A stretch of DNA of 63,331 nt, counting the filler, from Bacteroidales bacterium (GTDB lineage Bacteria > Bacteroidota > Bacteroidia > Bacteroidales > CAIWKO01): NCBI GenBank assembly GCA_035389045.1. It is 5 parts of 5 records of this genome, joined end to end, with 100 filler letters (N's around TTAATTAATTAA, not from the genome) between each part and the next. Parts side by side here need not be neighbours in the genome. Positions count along the whole stretch, not along the records: positions 54,034 to 63,331 come from DAOORA010000101.1; 4 more parts are not named here. One strand, 5' to 3'. The translations under genes were made by a program, and so were the position numbers. Shown here one piece after another: positions 59,616 to 63,331 of the stretch. The notes beneath the pieces were generated by a model. That model searched no databases. It saw nothing but the letters and a program-made list of their open reading frames with translations, and was not told the DNA's origin. Each line of letters opens with the position of its first letter. The first letter of the stretch is position 1.

Positions 59616-60720
59616 GAAAGAAACCGGGCAGGAAGTCTTTGGAAAAAAAACAAAAAGATCCGGAAAGAAAAGTAAATTCTGGAGGAATGTCCTGAGGGGA
59701 TTCATGGTTTTCGTCATCATCTGCCTCATCGCAGGTTTTTTTATCGGATATAGGTATTATAAATTAATATATGTAGAAAATGTTGAGCTGGACGGCAAAA
59801 AAGAATTGTATGTTTATATTCCTTCCAAAGCTGGTTTCGACGATGTCAAAAAAATATTGTACCCGCAGCACATAATCAAAGACACCAACTCCTTTGAATG
59901 GCTTTGTGAACATAAGAAATACTCCTTGAATGTGAAATCAGGGCGTTACCTCCTGAAGGACGGGATGAGCAATAACGAGTTTATCAACCTGCTGCGCTCA
60001 GGAAAACAGGACCCGGTTAAATTGACTTTCAATAACATAAGGACCAAAGAACAATTTATTTCAAGGGTTACCCGTTTTATTGAGGCCGACTCCCTGTCGC
60101 TGATAAACCTGCTCAACGACACCGCTTTTCTGAGCAAGTATGGACTTGATCCCGACAATGTCATGTGTATCTTTATTCCGAATACCTATGAATTGTTTTG
60201 GGATACGCCGGCAGAAAAGTTCTTTGTGAAAATGCATGCGGAATACAAGAAGTTCTGGAATAAGGAACGCCTTGACAAAGCTGCTGCGGTGGGACTTAGC
60301 CCGAATGATGCGGTGATTCTGGCCTCCATTGTTTACCAGGAAACCAAGAAAAAAGACGAAATGCCTAAGGTGGCCGGGGTATATCTCAACAGAATCAGGA
60401 TTGGCATGCCGCTGCAGGCCGATCCTACCGTGATTTTTGCCCTTGGCGATTTTTCAATAAAAAGGGTGCTGACCGTTCAAACGCAATACAATTCGCCCTA
60501 CAACACTTATAGGTATGCCGGTCTGCCGCCAGGTCCCATCTGCCTGCCCGACAGCTATGTGGTAGATAAAGTGCTCGACTATGAAAAACATGATTACCTG
60601 TATTTTTGTGCCAAAGAAGACCTTTCCGGTTATCACAACTTTGCTATAACCCCTGCGCAACATGCACAGAATGCTCAAAAATACCACAACGCACTCAACC
60701 GGCGAAAGATAAAAAAATAA
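59608..60720 (+). CDS. mltG: Endolytic transglycosylase MltG
   Basis: LASIV..ET, VYLNR...MPLQADPT, SPYNTY..GLPPGPI. Confidence 0.95.
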   Translation: MTKKETGQEVFGKKTKRSGKKSKFWRNVLRGFMVFVIICLIAGFFIGYRYYKLIYVENVELDGKKELYVYIPSKAGFDDVKKILYPQHIIKDTNSFEWLCEHKKYSLNVKSGRYLLKDGMSNNEFINLLRSGKQDPVKLTFNNIRTKEQFISRVTRFIEADSLSLINLLNDTAFLSKYGLDPDNVMCIFIPNTYELFWDTPAEKFFVKMHAEYKKFWNKERLDKAAAVGLSPNDAVILASIVYQETKKKDEMPKVAGVYLNRIRIGMPLQADPTVIFALGDFSIKRVLTVQTQYNSPYNTYRYAGLPPGPICLPDSYVVDKVLDYEKHDYLYFCAKEDLSGYHNFAITPAQHAQNAQKYHNALNRRKIKK

Positions 60721-60771
60721 GAATTTTAAGTGAAAAACTATAATTTTACAACCTTCAATAATTAAATCATT

Positions 60772-61599
60772 ATGAAAAAACTCTTTTTTTCGATCCTGAT
60801 CACTCTGTTTGTTTCTTCGGTATTTGCACTGAACCCAAAACGCGAATATATTGCCCGTCCCGGCGATTTCGGGCTGGAGTATGAAGAAGTGACCATACTG
60901 ACATCCGATAACCTCAACCTGAAAGGATGGCTGTATAAGCCACAGACGCCATCATTCAAAATGATCATCCTGAGCGGCAGCGGCGACGGTAATATGGGCG
61001 ACCTGATCGAAATTGCCAGCAACTTCGTAACGCTGGGTTATAACGTGCTTACATACGATTACCGAGGCTATGGCGAAAGCGAAAATTTTAATATCAATAA
61101 CAATTTCTATATCTATGCCCAGTTCGAGAAAGATCTGAACGCAGCCATTGATTATGCCCGGAAATATCACTCGAAAATGAAGATCCTCGACCTCTGGGGT
61201 AAGGAGGTAGGCGCAGGGCTCTCAATTGCTGTGGGATGCAACCGCAAGGAAATCTTTCAGGTGATTGCGGATTCGCCTTATTCAACGCTCGAAGATATAA
61301 AGAAAAAATTCAAAGATGTGGCAGGCAAGGAGGTGCTGCTGCCGCTTGGTTTCAACAAATACATGATCGAACCCTATTATGCCCTCGAATCAAAAGGCAC
61401 ATCACTGTATGGAGTGATGCTGATTGCCGGCGAAAATGAAACTATTTATTCCGAAGCCGATATCAAATCACTGGGTAAAATCCGTAAAGACCGCACTACG
61501 GTTAACATTGTCAAGGGCGCCACATCTTCCGAGACATTTACCAAAGACAAGAATAAATATTTCGAGAATATCCGCGGATTTCTCAAAGAACCTTTTTAA
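60772..61599 (+). CDS. Secreted alpha/beta-hydrolase-fold protein with an atypical active site
   Basis: YEEVTILTSD..L.GW, GYNVLTYDYRGYGES; nucleophile elbow reads GKEVG. Confidence 0.75.
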   Translation: MKKLFFSILITLFVSSVFALNPKREYIARPGDFGLEYEEVTILTSDNLNLKGWLYKPQTPSFKMIILSGSGDGNMGDLIEIASNFVTLGYNVLTYDYRGYGESENFNINNNFYIYAQFEKDLNAAIDYARKYHSKMKILDLWGKEVGAGLSIAVGCNRKEIFQVIADSPYSTLEDIKKKFKDVAGKEVLLPLGFNKYMIEPYYALESKGTSLYGVMLIAGENETIYSEADIKSLGKIRKDRTTVNIVKGATSSETFTKDKNKYFENIRGFLKEPF

Positions 61600-61610
61600 T
61601 ATCTTACGTT

Positions 61611-62954
61611 ATGAAAGCTTTCAAAGCATACGACATCCGGGGTATCTATAATGTTGATTTCTCAAAGGAGGATGTCTATAAGATAGGTTTTTTTCTGCCC
61701 GGGCTGCTGCAAACGGACAAAATACTCGTCGGGCGCGATGTCAGAACTTCCTCACCGGAAATCTTTGAATACCTCACCAAAGGCATCATGGATGCCGGAG
61801 CCGACGTATACGACCTGGGCCTGGCCACAACGCCTTATGTGTACTGGGCTACCGCAGCATTCAACTTCGGGGCGTCGGTGCAGATCACCGCTTCGCATAA
61901 TTCAAAGGAATACAACGGGATGAAAATTTCACGTACCAACGCTTTCCCGGTGGGATACGACAGCGGGCTGAACATCCTGGAACAGCAGGTGCTGAACGAA
62001 ACACCCGTGCCGAAAGAGCAAAAAGGGAAATTGCTGCCTTTTGCCCGGCATGAGGAGTATTTGGCTTTTTTTAAACCTTATGTTCCTGATATCTCGAAAC
62101 TTAAAGTCAGCATCGATTGTTCCAACGGCATGGCGTCGCTGTTTATAAAAAGACTGTTAGGCGAACATCCCATGTATCTGTTTTTCGAGCCTGATGGTAC
62201 ATTCCCCAATCATGAAGCCAACCCGCTGGTCCCTGAGAATGTCGTTTTTCTGCAGGAGCATGTATTACAAAACTCCAGCGACCTGGGTATCATCTTCGAT
62301 GGCGATGCCGACCGCGTGATGTTTGTGGACGAGAAAGGTAAGTTTATTTCTCCCGACCTTATCATTGCTGTTCTTGCACATTATTTTGCCGATAAGGAAA
62401 AAGGCGTGGTGCTTCAGGATATCCGCAGCTCCAAAGCCGTGGGAGAGTATATTGCGCAATTTGGCTATAGCCTTAGCATGTGGCGGGTAGGCCGTGCCTA
62501 TGCGGCGCCAAAACTTAAAGAGATCAATGGCTTGTTCGGCGGTGAATTTGCCGGCCATTATTATTTCCGCGATTTTAATTATTCCGATTCAGGCATGTTA
62601 GCCTGCCTGCTGGTACTCGATGTCGTCGCCGGGATGAAAGCAAAAGAAATAACGTTTTCGCAGCTGATACAGAAAATTTCATGCTATTATGGCTCGGGCG
62701 AGATAAACTATAAAATACAACAAAAGAAAGAGGCCATGGATGCCCTGCTGGCTCATTTTACCCAAACGGAAAAGCCGGCGGCCTTTTACGATTTCGACGG
62801 CTATCGTGCTGATTTTGAGCATTGGTGGTTCAATGTCCGCCCGTCGAATACCGAGCCATACCTCAGGTTTCTGGCAGAAGCCGATAACCCCGGCCTCCTG
62901 AAACGTATCATTGAGGAAACCAATACGATACTCAAACCTTTCATAAACTCCTGA
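61611..62954 (+). CDS. Phosphomannomutase/phosphoglucomutase
   Basis: FKAYDIRG, ITASHN, FDGDADR, VRPSNTEP. Confidence 0.95.
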   Translation: MKAFKAYDIRGIYNVDFSKEDVYKIGFFLPGLLQTDKILVGRDVRTSSPEIFEYLTKGIMDAGADVYDLGLATTPYVYWATAAFNFGASVQITASHNSKEYNGMKISRTNAFPVGYDSGLNILEQQVLNETPVPKEQKGKLLPFARHEEYLAFFKPYVPDISKLKVSIDCSNGMASLFIKRLLGEHPMYLFFEPDGTFPNHEANPLVPENVVFLQEHVLQNSSDLGIIFDGDADRVMFVDEKGKFISPDLIIAVLAHYFADKEKGVVLQDIRSSKAVGEYIAQFGYSLSMWRVGRAYAAPKLKEINGLFGGEFAGHYYFRDFNYSDSGMLACLLVLDVVAGMKAKEITFSQLIQKISCYYGSGEINYKIQQKKEAMDALLAHFTQTEKPAAFYDFDGYRADFEHWWFNVRPSNTEPYLRFLAEADNPGLLKRIIEETNTILKPFINS

Positions 62955-62957
62955 TTT

Positions 62958-63290
62958 TTGATCAGAAAAAATCTTTTTGTTTTTTTTATTTTCATAGCTT
63001 GCATGGGGCTGCCCTGGCATGTGTTTTCTCAGAATGACAGCCTTTCAGAGAAATTTAAAAGTGCTTTTCCTGTCCTGAAAAATAAAGAACAGGTCGTGGA
63101 TAGGATGGAAGCCTTCTATAAACAGATAGAAAGGGATAATATGGAATGTCGTTTGGCTGTTTTTCCTAAAGAGGTGAATAACAAACGGCTGATTCCCCTG
63201 CTTTGTTCAGAAGGAGCGCTGGCGGGTTCTTCCCTGTATGCACTGAACGAGATGTGGTATAAAAAATACGACAGGTCCTCCTGGGTTTGA
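62958..63290 (+). pseudogene. Truncated DUF2279/YfiM-like protein
   Basis: Signal peptide, then LYALNEMWYKKYDRSS (start of the family core); the ORF stops two codons later. Confidence 0.5.
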
Positions 63291-63331
63291 CACTTGAACC
63301 GCCCATACCCCTCTGAAACCCTTATTCAGCA
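63280..63331. mobile_element. Possible IS terminus interrupting the last gene
   Basis: CCTGGGTTTGACACTT begins exactly where the coding similarity ends; resembles CCTG-type IS ends (IS1634/IS1380-like). Confidence 0.35.

Overview
This window is not one continuous locus. It is five unrelated contigs from a Bacteroidota (Bacteroidales-like) draft genome, joined by artificial 100-bp linkers (N44-TTAATTAATTAA-N44) at 13690, 27471, 41029 and 53934. The taxonomic call rests on TAnnTTTG promoter boxes and gene content. Contig 1 holds rbfA, a lolE-like permease and a patatin, then a carbamoyltransferase cluster: an SxtI/NodU-like enzyme, an unannotated 49-aa SxtK/DUF5989 peptide ending in FIYTLF, four membrane-anchored SGNH-like proteins and SxtJ. 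I propose this cluster is an MBOAT-less, DltX/DltD-like shuttle that carbamoylates a cell-envelope polymer. Contig 2 is an accessory island with two WYL regulators. Their likely targets (a HIRAN operon, a DIP1984-family gene and rtcB) share one promoter geometry, with a palindrome centre exactly 20 bp upstream of TATTTTG. The island also has a WG-repeat/HIRAN fusion, a candidate three-way-junction ncRNA ahead of an orphan HicB-like gene, a PD-(D/E)XK-like gene and two pseudogenes. Contigs 3-5 are mostly housekeeping (rprXY-like, gluP-like, mazG, recQ, mlaEF, pgk, asnB, dnaG, dapF, mltG, phosphomannomutase). They also carry MITEs, REP-like hairpins, a nested VNTR, a triad-less alpha/beta-hydrolase and a gene apparently cut by an IS at the window end. 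All family assignments come from motif recognition by eye; no database search was run.
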